A DNA stretch of 64,000 bases from contig NC_043005.1 of NCBI RefSeq assembly GCF_006345805.1, positions 42,656,001-42,720,000 of the forward strand, in the 5' to 3' direction. A program made the translations under genes and the position numbers. Below, piece after piece: positions 25,250 through 40,494 of the stretch. This stretch comes from Octopus sinensis. Lineage: Eukaryota. Each line of letters opens with the position of its first letter. Positions within the stretch are counted from its first letter, which is position 1. The notes beneath the pieces were generated by a model, which did no database searches, was not told the DNA's origin, and was given only the letters and a program-made list of their open reading frames with translations.

Positions 25250-25612
25250 CTGGGGTAGCTAACATTTTTCACGTCATAAAGTCAAACCTACCAATCTTTC
25301 TACAAAGGCCCAAAATAAAAACTCTCACTGATAAGAAAAAAAACCCTTACGATGCAGTAAACGCCAGCCAAAAAATCTCAAAAGGACACCCCACAAGAGC
25401 AAAATTCATACCAGAGAATGAATCAGAATTCTCTGTAAAAGAATGTGGAGACACCAGATGTAGAACATGCAACAACAACTTGAAATATTTATAAAGTGGT
25501 TCCCACATAAATTTCAAGATACTCGTTCAAAGTAAATGTAAATATGACCTGCAAGACGCAGAATCTCATATACTGCACTACTTGCCCCATTACTTGGAGA
25601 CAATATGCATGA
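25250..25612 (+). pseudogene. Penelope-like element ORF remnant (Cys-rich linker and start of the GIY-YIG endonuclease)
   Basis: ...PTRAKF...KECGDTRCRTC, then from 25544 MTCKTQNLIYCTTCP, matching the PLE pattern CxxxNLIYxIxC that precedes YIG. Confidence 0.78.
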
Positions 25613-26106
25613 ACACCCCTCTAAATGAAACATACTATGGAAATTACATAGTTAGCTCACACAGACGCTGTGCCCAGCTAATACGACTGTGGAGAAATAA
25701 TGCAAATGAATGCTCCAATGAACGTTATAGTGCTGTCTAACAATATTCACATACCATGTAAGGTGATATCAATGCATGCTATATGATTTGGGTGTCTGTC
25801 AAGAAAGCTTCATCGTGGTCATTTTATCACTTTAATATTATATTTTTAATAGTAATGATGATAGGTGAAGAAAAAACATTTATATTACACTGTAACAGTT
25901 GTTTTTGAATGTGGCTCCAATGTTAATACCGTGATACTCATCTCTATAAATGATCATATATATATACACAATTGAAAAATAGGATAAAATCTTTATAAGA
26001 ATTTATCAAGTAGTTAGCGTGAAAAAACTCATAAGGAATGAATCCATCAATGATTCCTTTTAAATATATTTATTTATATTAAGGGCATTACTATACATAA
26101 TTGCCC

Positions 26107-26138
<32 letters not shown>

Positions 26139-26871
26139 ACATTGGGATTTTGACAACTTTTATACCCGAGAACGAATACTAGAACCATTTTACCACTGAT
26201 TAGGAAAGGAATCTAATGTACCTACTTGGCAAAGTAATTCGTGAAAAAGATCTCTTTTGAATTATCTTTTAAAGCAAGAAAAAAAAAAATCCTACAAAAT
26301 GATGAAAGACTCTCAAAAATATATTCAAACAAGCCCTGCTTTGTTATGTAATTTATATTCAACAGAGTGGCTTCCGGCTAAATATACAATATACATGTTA
26401 TTACACAGCTCATTTATAATGTTTGATTAAATGCACATAGGGAATAAATTGAATTATAAACAGTACCGAACACAAATTATCTTTTATATTCTGACTTTAT
26501 TTTCCTAATTTATGATTGTTGTATTAATATTTCATGTGTGTTCTTGCAAAACATTGGAATTACACAGAATATGGGATTTGACTATACAAGTCTAAGGGAA
26601 TATACATTTTCATAGGACTTTGAACTATTTTCATTTTCAGTGATGACTGCAACCTCTCCTCTCTTTTCTTATTCTTCCCATCCTGCTTCCTAAATTTGAC
26701 ACCTTCAATAGTCATCTAGCCCCTGTGAGGAAATGTGTGTTTTTTTTTTTTTTACAAATATGTCGATAGGTATACAATGAGAGGGGAAAGAGGCGGAAGT
26801 GAAAAACAAGAAAAAAGAATTATTTGTAATGGAATTTCAATGGGTTGACCACATCAAATTGAAAAGGGACT

Positions 26872-26928
<57 letters not shown>

Positions 26929-27043
26929 TTTCTCTTTCTCTCTGTGTATATATTAGTATTTTGCTCTGTACTTATCTCTCGTGTGTTTACTTATTTTTCA
27001 CTCGTTGGTGATTTCCTGTACTTAATGTGTATTATATATATAC

Positions 27044-27069
<26 letters not shown>

Positions 27070-27080
<11 letters not shown>

Positions 27081-27462
27081 GAAGCACTCCGTCGGTTACG
27101 ACGACGAGGGTTCCGGTTGATCCGATCAACGGAACAGCCTGCTCGTGAAATTAACGTGTAAGTGGCTAAGCACTCCACAGACACGTGTACCCTTAACGCA
27201 GTTCTCGGGGATATTCAGCGTGACACAGAGAGTGACAAGGCCGGCCCTTTGAAATACAGGTACAACAGAAACAGGAAGTAAGATTGAGAGAAAGTTGTGG
27301 TGAAAGAGTACAGCAGAGATCACCATCATCCCTGCCGGAGCCTCGTGGGGCTCTAGGTGTTTTCGCTCAATTAACACTCACAACGCCCGGTCTGGGGAAT
27401 CGAAACCGCGATCCTACGACCGCGAGTCCGCTGCCCTAACCACTGGGCCATTGCGCCTCCAC
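27070..27462 (-). mobile_element. tRNA-derived SINE (head H1 + tail T1) inserted in (TA)n
   Basis: Head GGCGCAATGGCCCAGTGGTTAGGGCAGCGGACTCGCGGTCGTAGGATCGCGGTTTCGATTCC; tail ...GATCGGATCAACCGGAACCCTCGTCGTCGTAACCGACGGAGTGC. Confidence 0.9.
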
Positions 27463-28039
27463 TATATATATATATACATAGAAAGAGAGAGAGAAAGAGA
27501 AAGAGAGAGATCCTTTCCCCGTCCTTTACTTTTCTTCCTCTTTCTTGATTGTCCTGACCCCCCCCCTCTCTCTCTATTTTCCCCCTCTTTGATTTTCTTT
27601 CTCTCTTCCTCCTTTTTCCAAAATAACAAAAATATTTTCTCCTCTTCTAAACAAACCAAAAATCACCCGATTCATATAAATGAACGAGGGCTATAGTAGA
27701 AGATACTTGCCCGGAGTCATGTAGTTGGGAAGCAAGCTTCTTACCACACAACCACGCATGCGCCTCCACTCAAAACACGTCTCACTAGCCCGTAGTAATA
27801 TATTCAAATTTCAGCACAAGCCCAGCAATTGTAAGGGGTGGATAAGATGGTTACATCAACTCCGGGGCTCAACTAGTACTCATCTTATCAACCCTGAAAG
27901 GATGAACAGCAAAGTTTACTTCGGCGGAATTTACATTTGTCTGTAATAATACTCTTGTACGTTTAATTGTCTCAACTTTGCAAAAACATGGAGTCACGCC
28001 TGAAGTCATTAACTGGCGCTGTTCTAAGATTGAAGACGG

Positions 28040-28200
28040 AACAATTAAATTTTCTAATAGTCTCTGCATTGATTCATTAAGTTGGTTTAGTTGACCAAAT
28101 ATATCAGTGACATATGCTTGTCTAGCAACCCAATTATTGTCTATTAAATTTAGGTTTTTAATCTCTGAAACACACTGACAAACCATTTTTCAGTTCAAAA
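28040..28200 (-). pseudogene. hAT (Charlie/Buster-type) transposase fragment
   Basis: DNNWVARQAYVTDIFGQLNQLNESMQ matches the W..kLAYL.DIF..LN.LN..mQG block of Buster/ZBED-like transposases. Confidence 0.75.
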
Positions 28201-28463
28201 ACGCATTGCAGTATTTTTGTGATATCAGTAAATAAATAGGCAAATAAATTAATAAAATAAAGAATTAAAATCTGCATACAAAAAAACCTGCATATTATAA
28301 CTTTTACGCGAATAATTCGATGCTAACCGCTAAGGAGAAATAGCAAAAAATTACATACGCGTGAAACAAAGTTTAAATAATATAGTCATACGTCTCTTAA
28401 ATTGTACAACAACCGTCTTTACATTATGTAAGCTCAAATAAGCTAATGTGGCCTTTGTATTTA

Positions 28464-28992
28464 TTGGGTTGTCCGGAAAGTTCGTGCCGATTTATAGCAG
28501 CTTACATTTCGATTTATTTTAGAACATGGCTGAGTCCATAAAATAGGATTCGACTACACCTCCTTTTAGAGCACAGTTTAAGCTATCTTTTCGTGGAAGG
28601 AGATTTATGTTCCTATAAACTGTGTTAATTCTGTAACCCTTTAAAATGGAAGATAAGAAAGTTCATTTTCGGCACTTGATGCTTTGGGAGCCAGACAATA
28701 ATTGCTGCAGCTCGGCTGGGATGTGTTACCCCACCCTCCATATTCACCAGATATTGCTCCTTCGGATTTCCACTTATTCTCTTCAGAATTGTCTTAATGG
28801 TAAAAATTTCAATTCCTTGGATAACGTAAAAAGATACGTTGATGAATTCTTTGCCATGAAACCACCTCAATTCTGGGAAGAGGGCATTTTCAAGGTAAAG
28901 TTCATATTTGGTTGATTAAAAATGTAATGGCAAGTATTTATTGACCTTTTTCTTTCCTTTAAAAATCGGCACGAACTTTCCGGACAACCCAA
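28464..28992 (+). mobile_element. Internally deleted mariner element
   Basis: TIRs TTGGGTTGTCCGGAAAGTTCGTGCCGATTT, TA TSDs; MEDKKVHFRHLMLWE fused to LLQLGWDVLPHPPYSPDIAPSDFHL. Confidence 0.95.
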
Positions 28993-30297
28993 TATATACA
29001 CTAGATAAAAAGAAATCTACTGCTGAGTTTATAACCAGCTTTCGATTTTGACCAAACGCAAAATTATTTCATCTACACTACTCGTATTTTAGAAATGGGC
29101 ATCGTATCACTTTTTTTATTTTTCATTGTATCGCTTTATTTATTTTTCATTGTTTGTAAAAATATTGATAATTTATATTATAATGAAAGAACAAACATAT
29201 TTCGGTATGAAACTAAGAAGTGAGTAACAGCTCACCTATCGCCTTAAAAATTGTGAAGAGTCATGTTAATATGAGACTTGATTATGTTCAGAACACATAT
29301 AACCATATAGGTACAGTAGTGCTAATCTCACGGTATAAAACACAATTACCTAAAAAAAAAAAAAGTAGCACTATTTGTTTTACACGTGCAACAAAGTCTT
29401 TAACAGAGACTGTCACTGCCTTTATACCTTTAGTCAACATTGCACCATAAACCTACCACAGAAGTTCCTATTCCTTAAAGAACCTATTGATACAATTGTT
29501 AGTTTCTTACACAAGATATTAACAGAACTGTGAAATATGTTTCCCTGCATCTACAAATTGGTTAAACGCCATAAATCGTGGGCCAGGCTACTGTCATCTG
29601 TATCTATATCTAATTGTAATGTGAGAGCCTTAAACAATTGAATTTTTTGAACAACTTAGGATTCTATATCACATGGAATTTGTTGACCATGTCGATGTAT
29701 AGTATTGTTCGACAATGGAACTTCCATTGTCCCCTACACACAGTTATTTCATTTACCGTCTTTGATACAGTGACTCTGCAGGCAACTATCTGTAACAGTG
29801 TATATTCTTTTGTTAGAGCGTTATTCTGGCCGTTAAATTCATCATAATCATTAGTTATATATATTCATGGATCTCAGTTATATATTCATGAATCATAATG
29901 AAAAACTGTTTTGATTTTTTTGTTCACTTTTTCTGGTCTCCTGTAATGATAAAATATTGTGATAGTCCTTCTGAGACACTGTTGCAAACTTCATAGGATA
30001 GATAGATGGCGGGTTAATGAGAGAGTGGCAAGGTAAAAAAATCCAAAAATTATAACAATAAACCAAGGTGAGTGACATTTGAACAGCTCACCAACTGGTA
30101 GTATTCGATTTCATACTTTTCTCTAAGAAATATAAACTTCCGTTTAGCATCTGCTCTTCCCCTTGAGTAACGTCTTCATGCGATTACTTTTCTAGTTCAT
30201 TCACTTGCTATCTCCTCTGCTTCTCACTGCATATTCAGCTGGTTACTTACATCTATACACACTATATAATGGTATATTATAGTGTGATATGTATATG

Positions 30298-30426
<129 letters not shown>

Positions 30427-30899
30427 AAGCATATCCTTTCTTATTCGCTTTAAAACTCTTTTTAATTATCACTACGATTTCGTAGAAACAAGTTGTAACA
30501 CAAATTCCTTAGAAGTTGCTTTACTGAAACTGCAATTATTTGCGATAGTTCTTTTCTTGAAGTATCATGATATAATCTGTCCGTAATATCTTCCTCGTTT
30601 TTCGTTCCAAATAGCCCAAAGTTTGTTTATTTTTTTAATATCTATGCCAGACAATTGGGTTCAAGAGAGCAGAGTGAAGTACACCATATGCAATAACACA
30701 TGCGTCGTCCTTGCAATTTTCTTTGACATTTCAACGATGAGGCACCTTTCGGCCATGTTTGGGAATTAGAAACAAGCCTTGTTCATATAATTAAACGCTG
30801 ATATTTTAGTGTAAGAGCTTGTAAAGTGTATCTTGTAAATATATAAACGGTTTCAGTTATGTGCAAAAACGTAACAAACTCACTGCATTTTCTTTGAAA

Positions 30900-31100
30900 T
30901 GATAATGGGAAAAAGAAACGACTGAGAGCCGAAAATATGAAAATCTTGAGAAGACATATGTTAATTTCATTAACGATTCTTTGAGAGTAATGAGTGATAT
31001 GTATTCAAAGAAACTGGTATATGAGAACCAAGCTTTGCGAATCTAATGCCTAGTGAGTACGGTGAAACATCAGTAAATTAGATAACGTTTAAAATGGCAG
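30900..31100 (+). pseudogene. Possible pogo/Tigger (CENP-B-like HTH) transposase remnant
   Basis: With frameshifts reads KKKRLRA..YENLEK...ESNA; highly degenerate. Confidence 0.3.
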
Positions 31101-31209
31101 AAGAGTTACTGGAAGTTATCAAAACGAGCCTAACTATCTCATATCAAAAGACAAAGTTTGCTTAATAACAGCGCTTATCTAACGCCTTGTGTAAATATAT
31201 GAGACAGTG

Positions 31210-31538
31210 TGAAGGTGCGTTTCTTAATTGTTAAGGTACTCGGTTCACTATCGTAAAGTTCGTGAGTTCAATACCCGGCGGTGCATTGTGTCCTTGGGCG
31301 ACTCACTTTATTTCACGCTGCTCCAGTTCACTCAGCTGGCAAAAATGAGTTGTACCTGTAATTCTAAAGGAGCCAACTTTGTCACATTTAGTATCACACT
31401 GAATCTCCTTGAAAACTACGTTAAAAGTACGCGTGTCTGTGGAGTGAAAAGCCACTTGCGCGTTAATCTCACGAGCAAGCTATTCCGTTGATCTGATCAA
31501 CAGGAACCCTCGTCGTCATAACCGACGAAGTGCCAGTT
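31210..31538 (+). mobile_element. tRNA-derived SINE (head H2 + tail T1)
   Basis: 14-bp TSD TATATGAGACAGTG at 31196-31209 and 31539-31552. Confidence 0.9.
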
Positions 31539-32030
31539 TATATGAGACAGTGAGGGGCTTCTAGAGGTAACTAACAATTACATATTCTTGAAACCACACT
31601 CTACTGTCTTATGAATGCTCTCCCCAAATCACACTCCACTGCCTTATGCATATATTCATGAATTTATATCCGGTGGGTGTACGATTGTACAGTTCTTTAT
31701 ATTACTTATGTATGCTAATAACTGTATGTGGTTGTATTTATGTATCAAAATTTGAGGCTTCTATGAAGTACAACAACGTGTTAGAAATAGTAGCCTTATC
31801 ACCCTCAAACGGCAGTCTATTGTCGTATATGCCATATGTGCATGTAACATCTAGCGACAGAGCCTCTCTTTGATATCTCAAATGATAGGCCTACCAGCAA
31901 AATCTCCGTAACATCATATTCTTTTGGTCAATGTATCTATATTGTGTATGTATGAGCCAACAACGAATACACCTGCGTTGTGGCTCATCTTAAACAAATT
32001 GCACATTCTTCATCTCGTGTTATTTGATTG

Positions 32031-32092
<62 letters not shown>

Positions 32093-32773
32093 TATATATA
32101 CATATATATATTATATATATATGTTTACATAACATATATCAATTCAGGATTCAAGTTAATCAAGTCCTTAAATAGCAAACTACGAAGGGTCGGATTAGGG
32201 AAATCACTATCGCGTATAAACACTATTTGAATAACAAATACGCGCTTACTGAAGAAAGCACGGATTTATACAATGGTAGTGTGCACAATCAAAAAAGACC
32301 GACTGAATATTTAACGGCTCACAAACACAGTCCTAATTGTACTGCACTCATATGACTCCAGATCCACGCGAATTGTAGATTCCAAATAAGGTGAATGATT
32401 AACAATTAACAACATATGGATTGTGGTTCATTACAGCTGTTTCACACGTGTTTTTATTGGTGATAAGAATTATTACATCATGCGAAAGAAGCCGTTTCCA
32501 TCTGGTAAATATATGTAAGAATTAAACATTTGCCCTTTTTTTTTTTTTTTTGTCGGTAGAGTCAAAAATGGTATTTCTGCTTTGGATTTGAGATGTGTAA
32601 AATGTTTAATTCTTACATATATTCATTCACCCGATGAAAACGCATTTTTCGCATGATGTAATAATTGTATTCATCAGTAAAAAAACACGTCTGATACAGC
32701 AATAGTGAAACACAATCCACCTGATCCTATTTGTGTATGTTTATAAATATATATATGTATGTATATATATAAT

Positions 32774-32817
<44 letters not shown>

Positions 32818-32917
32818 CCACATACATGCATGAATGCATTTATATATATATATATATATAATATACAAACATATATATACATATATATACAAATATATAT
32901 ACATACATATATAATAT

Positions 32918-32970
<53 letters not shown>

Positions 32971-33025
32971 ATACACATACATACATATATATTATATATG
33001 TGTGTGTGTGTGGTGTGTGTTGTGT

Positions 33026-33320
33026 GGAGTGCAATAGCCCAGTGGTTCGGGTAGCGGACTCGCAGTCGGAGGATTGTGGTTTCGATTCCCAGACCGGGCG
33101 CTGTGTGTGTTTATTGAGCGAAAACACCTAAAGGTTCCGGCAGCGGTGGGGTGGCGATCCCTGTTGTACTCTTTCGCCATAACTTTCTCTAAATCTCTCT
33201 TCCTGTTTCTTGAGTAACGCTGCAATGGACTGGCGTCCCGTCCAGATGGGAGGAACACATACGCCACAGAAATGGGAAACTGGGCCCGTGATCTTGGCTA
33301 GGATTGAAAAGGGCGACGTT
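33026..33320 (+). mobile_element. tRNA-derived SINE (head H1 + tail T2)
   Basis: 5' part matches the 27070 copy; 3' part (ATGGACTGGCGTCCCGTCCAG...) matches 22162 and 43811. Confidence 0.87.
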
Positions 33321-33354
33321 TATCGTTTATATATGTGTAATATATATATATATA

Positions 33355-34000
33355 AATGAGGATAAAAATCTACCTTAGACTTCATCAGGTAGTTAGCATG
33401 CAATCAACCGGTTAAGGTAGAATTAATAAATTTATAAATTAGTATATAAAAAATGTATATCAGGGGCAAACACGTACACGAGTCGCCTACACTCTAGAAG
33501 GACACGCCAGTGTCTGAAAGCTGCCTAACATATCACCATAAAAATAACACACGTCGTACTCGTGCAAATAAACGAAACAGATTCATCAAACGGTTAAATT
33601 ACATATCAATTAATTTCAAGATTAAGGAGTAATCCCTCTTTCTCTCATCAGTGTAATATAACCAGATCAATGCACATAATCACGAACAAAATACATACCT
33701 GTGGAACAGAAAAAGCTCCGCACAGTAAATACGTTGTCTGTACTTATATACAGAATAAAAGTTCAAAAATCTGGTTTCGTTTATTTCGACCATGTATTAA
33801 TAACCATATAGTTCAGCAGTGAATAATTTTGGTTTGAGTGAAATGATATATTAAAAATATATTTATAAAAAATTAAGGATAAAAATCTACGTTAAATTTT
33901 ATCAGACAGTTAGCATGCAATCAAGCGTTTAAGGTAAAATTAATCAATTTATAAATTTATACATAGGATATGTATCAGGGGCAACGCGTACGTTATTCTG
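33355..34000. repeat. About 125-bp diverged direct repeat (about 33355-33480 and 33875-34000); related sequence near 25980-26040
   Basis: Shared GGATAAAAATCTAC...AGTTAGCATGCAATCAA...GGGGCAA. Confidence 0.7.
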
Positions 34001-34051
34001 TATATACGTACGAACAACGTGTGTATATATGTATATATATATAAATATAAT

Positions 34052-34094
<43 letters not shown>

Positions 34095-34133
34095 GTATCT
34101 CTCTCTGTCTATATATATATATATATTATATAT

Positions 34134-34176
<43 letters not shown>

Positions 34177-34231
34177 TATACATATACATATATATATATA
34201 TATTCTCTTATCTGTTTATTCTTTTATTTTG

Positions 34232-34550
34232 TTCAGTCATTTGACTACGGCCATGCTGAAGCACTGCATTGAAGTGTCTTGGTAGGACAAGTCGACCCCA
34301 GGTCTTATTTTTAAAGTCTAATACGTATTCTATCTGTCTTATTGCCGAACCGCCAAGTCTCCTGGGCGTCAACACAGACTCAAATCACACAATCAGATAT
34401 ATAGATATTCATATATATACGAAGGGAATATTTCAGTTTCCTTCAACTAAATCCACTCACAAGGCTTTGGTTGGCCCGAGACTGCCAGGCAGTGGAACTG
34501 AACCTGGAACCATGTGGTTGGGAAGCAAGCTTCTTATCAAACAGACACGC
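34232..34550 (-). mobile_element. SINE family 1, diverged copy
   Basis: Head and tail blocks match family 1. Confidence 0.8.
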
Positions 34551-34701
34551 TTGCGTCAGTATATGTGTGTGTGTGTTTGTGTGCGCGCGCGGTTCGGTGT
34601 GTGTTTGTGTTAATGTGCGCGCCCGGTTCGGTGTGTGTGTGTGTATGTATGTCTTTATGCACGTATGTATGTATATGTGTATTATGTGTATGCATGTGTA
34701 C

Positions 34702-34765
<64 letters not shown>

Positions 34766-34819
34766 AACTAACTATCTAACTGTCTGTCTGTCTCTCTCTC
34801 ACTCATTCTCTCTCTCTCA

Positions 34820-34878
<59 letters not shown>

Positions 34879-34985
34879 CACGAGAAGCTTTATGAAAATA
34901 AACAAAAGGCAAGGCAGGGAATAGAAAAACAACAATTGTATTTTTTTGATTAGTATGACGCTCAGGAATATAAATAAAACAAGTC

Positions 34986-35021
34986 CTTTTACGTTTCGAG
35001 CCTACGCTCTTCAACAGAAAG
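34986..35021 (-). ncRNA. Minimal type-I HHR-like motif with U6 core variant, all stems intact
   Basis: CUUU-CUGUUGA-A-GAGC(GUAG)GCUC-GAAA-C-GU-A-AAAG within a pLTR-type module at about 34985-35100. Confidence 0.68.
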
Positions 35022-35194
35022 ATACACAGAAAAGAAACACGGAGAGAAACAAGGAAGAAAAAAAATGCGTGCAGAATCTAGCGAATCAACATGGCGATCT
35101 GATATATATATATATATATAGAGATGAAGGGTAAAGATCCAGAAACCATGGTCTGCTGATCTTGCAGAGCTGCAGGGGGAGTGATTCGCTCCCT

Positions 35195-35630
35195 TACAAC
35201 ATGTTGGTCTGATTACTGGCACTGCAAACACATCGTGGGCCACTGTTTTATTGAATGCAGAGAGTTCTGTGGTTCTAATTTTCTTTATTCGGCTGTAATA
35301 TTCTTTAGTGATACGTGTTTTGTTACAGGTGCCAGTGGAAAATATATTTTCATCCACCGCTAGATACCTGTAACCTTCATAGTCAGGTACAAGGGAAACA
35401 GTCAAATCATTGACGGAGATGATACTAGTCTGGTTTATAGTTTTCCCCCTTTTCGCAACCATATAACAATATTTAACCTGACCAAACTCCAACCCTACAT
35501 CCTTTGAGAATGTTGTAACTAGGTCAAGATTCTTTTTCATCTCATGCATATTCTTTGCATAAAGTTTTAAGTCATCCACAAAGATGGATGTTTCCTTGTG
35601 AACTAGTGAGATACCCTTCAGACTTCCTTA
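35195..35630 (-). pseudogene. R4/Dong-clade non-LTR retrotransposon RT fragment
   Basis: FVDDLKLYAKN...FSKDVGLEFG...YRYLAVDE...KEYYSRIKKI...NKTVAHDVFAVPVI. Confidence 0.85.
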
Positions 35631-35947
35631 ACATGAATGACAAGGGGTTATGTATGTGTGTATGTATGTATGTATGTATGTATGTACGTAATGTATGTAT
35701 GTATGTATGAAGTACAAATTACTAGAGTATTTATATTCTTTGCGACTGCCGATTACCTATCTATCTGGGGCCTAGAATATATTTATTTCAATTTACAATA
35801 TTTATTTCACGGTGCACTAAATAATGTTTTCCACGTTGCAGTCAGCTTAATGAAGAAGGCTATAAGTTGTATAGCTGTATATTACACTACTGAAGGATAA
35901 TAAATAAATCGAAACACCTCACACAAGGTATTTCTGACTCCTAAATA

Positions 35948-36513
35948 GTGGGTTGTCCGGAAAGTTCGTGCCGATTTTTAAAGGAAAGGAAAAGGTCAAT
36001 AAATACTTGCCATTACATTTTTAATCAACCAAATATGAACCATTTTGCTACACAATGCGTCTCCATCATTCCTTTAACTTGAAAATACCCTCTTCCCAGA
36101 ATTGAGGTGGTTTCATGGCAAATAATTCATCAACGTATCTTTTTACGTCATCCAAGGAATTGAAGATTTTAGCATTAAGACTATTCTGCAGAGACCTGAA
36201 TAAGTGGGAATCCGGAGGAGCAATATCTGGTGAATATGGAGGGTGGGGTAACACATCCCAGCCGAGCTACAGCAATTTTCGTCTGGTTCCCAAAGCATCA
36301 AGTGCCGAAAATGAACTTTCTTATCTTCCATTTTAAAGGATTACAGAATTAACACAGGTCACAAGAACATAAACTTTCTTCCACGAAAAGATAGCTTAAA
36401 CTGTGCTCTAAATGGAAGTGTAGTCAAATCCTATTTTATGGACTGAATCATGTTCTAAAATTAGTCGAAAGGTAAGCTACTATAAATCGGCATGAACTTT
36501 CCGGACAACCCAA
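35948..36513 (-). mobile_element. Internally deleted mariner element, second copy
   Basis: Same TIRs and same deletion junction as 28464-28992; retains PHPPYSPDIAP. Confidence 0.95.
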
Positions 36514-37652
36514 TGTTACATAAAACGAGTTTCCTGCTTACACATAGTTGTTTCATATATTCTGTTGGCGTAATAGTTTACTACTACGTTTTCTCTGAAT
36601 TTTTACAAAATATAGTTTTTGTTACTTTTAACACCATCATAACGAATTTGTTCATGAAGGTAAGACGTTACCGCTTTATATTTAACATTCATTCAGCTGT
36701 AATATTTCAGAAAATTAGCAAATTTTGAATAAAATATAAGAACGAATTACATTTATGCATCAGATTTTTAATTATCATTATGTAGACAGTATTTTTCTTG
36801 TTCATTTTTTTGCCAAATCAAATATTTCATTACAACTTAGAGATGTTGGTACAATTATTATCATTATTATTATTATCTACAAATTGTGAATGAGAATGTT
36901 TTCCGTTAATGCATTTTGAGTGCTCTATATTTGAGCATTAATTTTTTTTTTTTACATCCCAAAATCCACCAAAATTACATGTGACAAGTGCTGGAATGGA
37001 TAGATATGAATTTCTTTTCTTCCTTTTTTTTTTTGTTCTTTTTGCGCATAACAATAAAAATAATGTTCCTGTCGACGTACAACAGTCTAGTAGTAAGTGA
37101 AGCAATCACAACAATCAATTCTGTGCTTCAGACGTTGGTCCAATTCTAGTAGACATACATGTATTCAACTAACAAATGTTTCATAATTATATATACAAAG
37201 AACTAAAAGTTCTGTTAAGGGTGTCTAGCTAATCGTTACACCATTATTTACGGTAACCAGTGAATAGGAGCAAGGGGAATACTAAATATGATAATACAGG
37301 TCCTAGTTAGAATAATGCATTTCGTTATATTATTGTCAAAGAATATTGGCGTAGGGATTTGCAGTAATATCCTTACTGGTGTAAGCAAACTCTTCACCCA
37401 AATGTACATTTGTGATAAATAATAAGATCATACGTCGTTCCAAGTTCGAAGACACTGTGGTAATATCGCAGTGTAGAATTTACTTGAAATTTTCTAGGTT
37501 TGTACACACATATATAGATATAGATATTGTGTGTGTATTTCTCTCTCTCCCTTCCGCTCTCTCTCTCTCTCTCTCTGTGCCTGTCTCTCCCCTTCTCTCT
37601 CTCCATCTATATACACACACACACATATACATACATATACATATACTTAAAT

Positions 37653-37700
<48 letters not shown>

Positions 37701-38769
37701 GAACACAAGACTATATAGATATACATGTTAATATATGTGTATCTATAAGTTTATTTATATAAGTAATAATATAAATATAAACATTAATATATATATATAT
37801 ATTATATAAATGTCTGTAAATATACATGTATATACACATGTTCAGGCAGGTATATATATATATATATTTATGCATGTATGCATATACACAAGCGCGCACA
37901 CACACACACGCATGAACATGCACACCCATACACACACAAACGCACGCACGCATACGCGCATACACACACACACACATACACGCGCACACACACGCATATA
38001 ACATCGTAAAAAAATAGGTATATTAAGAATAATGCTTGGAAATGTACCGAGCGTTCGTGCGAATACATTGTGTATGTGCCTGTGTTAAGTTTGCGTGTGC
38101 GAGCGTGTGCACTTATGTGTGTATGTGTGCGCATGTGCGTGATCTGTATACAGTATTATATAGATGTATATTTCAAACAGAAAAATCATTTCGTTCTATG
38201 ATAGTAATATGACAGCAAAATGAAATAGTTTTTCGGTTGTATGATAATGGAAGACTGATTTTCCGGATTGTTAAAAAAATATATACACACACCCAGAAAC
38301 ACAAGCACACACCTACACCAAGTCAAACACGCGCGCGCGCACTCACACTCACGCATGCATGCATGTGGATATATACATACATTTGAACACACGCATCCAT
38401 ATTTAAATATATACAAACATATATATATATATATATATATACATACTTTATACATATATATATATTACATACAATATATATATATATATAGATATATATA
38501 TATACATACATATATATACATATATATACATATATATATATATACATATATATATTATATAATATATATATATATTATATATATATATACATATATACAT
38601 ACATATATATATATATGATTATGCCTTTCCTCCCCGTGTGAGAATTAATGCAAATACATATACATAAATACATGCCTACACACCTACATACATACCTATA
38701 TACATTTATTTATTTTGTACTTATATATACATACAGGTATAAAACATTTTACATCGTAGTTTATGCATG

Positions 38770-38801
<32 letters not shown>

Positions 38802-38836
38802 TATATATATATACATACGTAAACATATATATAGAA

Positions 38837-38872
<36 letters not shown>

Positions 38873-39499
38873 AGAGAGAAAGAGGGGGAGTTAGAGTTTG
38901 AATTTAAGGAAAATTCACATTTTAGAGAGTAAAAATACGAAACAGAAGTGAAAGTTATTAGTGCAAAAAAGCTCAGTGTTTGAGATCAAACGCAACCATT
39001 TTTATATGATATAGAGATTTGTAGCTGTTAGTTATTTTTTTTAGTATTTCTTTCATATTATAAATGAGTCACAAGGCAAATGGAAATTCAGGTAAACATG
39101 ATCAATTCTAACAACGAAAATATGAAAGGTGAAAACAAACATTTTGATAGAACTTTTCCACAGATTTTTTTAAAATTTTATCGTTATATACCTTCAAGTG
39201 CGTACTCCATATTTTTGTATGTGAGTAGATGTATACGTGAGAATATTCAAACGTATCTTTCTGTATGCTTAAGTATATTATCATATATATATACACATAT
39301 ATATATACATATATACATATATATAGATATAGAATAGATAGATAGGTAGATGGATAACATTTACATTAAATGTCTACTTATATATATATATATACACACA
39401 CACACATATTCATACATCCATATGTATGTGTATGCATTTACATATTTGAATTTTATAATCACGTATATCTCCATATATATGTGTGTGTGTGTTTGTGTT

Positions 39500-39536
<37 letters not shown>

Positions 39537-40161
39537 TATATGCATGTATTTTGTCTATACATGAACAGAAGAACTTGTACGTATACGTAGACATGAATGG
39601 AATGGTATGTATGTGGTTATTTGTACGTGGTTGTGTTTGTGTGAATGTATATATGAGTGTGCGTATATGGTACATGAATATGTATATTTATGGACATGTA
39701 TATAATATATATATATATATATAATATATATATATATATATTACATATAATTATATATACATACACACACACATATATCTGAAGTGTTGATATAGATAAG
39801 TCATCAGGTAGGAATGTTTGTTTTTAGTAGTTTTTTTTTTTTAACTGACTTGAAATGAAAAGTCAAATGTCGAATATATTTGATAACATCCATTTTGTTT
39901 TGGAAACATTTTTCTCTAACTTTAGCTATCACACCAGTGTTAATGATGCAAAGTATAGCACATTGTTTTAGACAATCTTTCATTGCATGGGTAACTTTCG
40001 ATAACAACTGGTGGTAACGACAATATTTTGTCTTAGGTCGTTTTATTATTTTTTTTAATTACTTTTCATTCTTGTAACACATTGAAACATTGGCAAGTCG
40101 ATATATGCAAATATATGATGGCGGAGGACTTTGCTTGTTCTTTCATGTGTGTGTGTTTATG

Positions 40162-40205
<44 letters not shown>

Positions 40206-40494
40206 ATATATATAATTAAATATATCATCTATCATCTATCTATCTATCTATCTATCTATCTCATATCTATATCTATCTCACTCTCTCTCTCTCTCTCTAT
40301 ATAGTATATATATATATATATATATAATATATATATATATACATACACACGTACACACACATACACACAAGATACACACACATACATACACAGGTTTATA
40401 GCTCATACAGGAGAATTAGAACTAACTATTAGTGGTTATACTTATAAATGTATGTATAAATACATTTATATATATATATATATATTTATAAAAA

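Noticed and set aside
27385-27462. tRNA gene
   Set aside because: The tRNA-like head continues into a SINE body and tail with no acceptor stem or terminator; the same applies to the other A/B-box matches.
33370-33392. CUGAUGA + hairpin on the minus strand as a hammerhead
   Set aside because: The hairpin is followed by UUUA rather than GAAA, with no stem III. Similar partial matches at about 15975-15990, 24675-24700 and 57090-57110 were rejected likewise.
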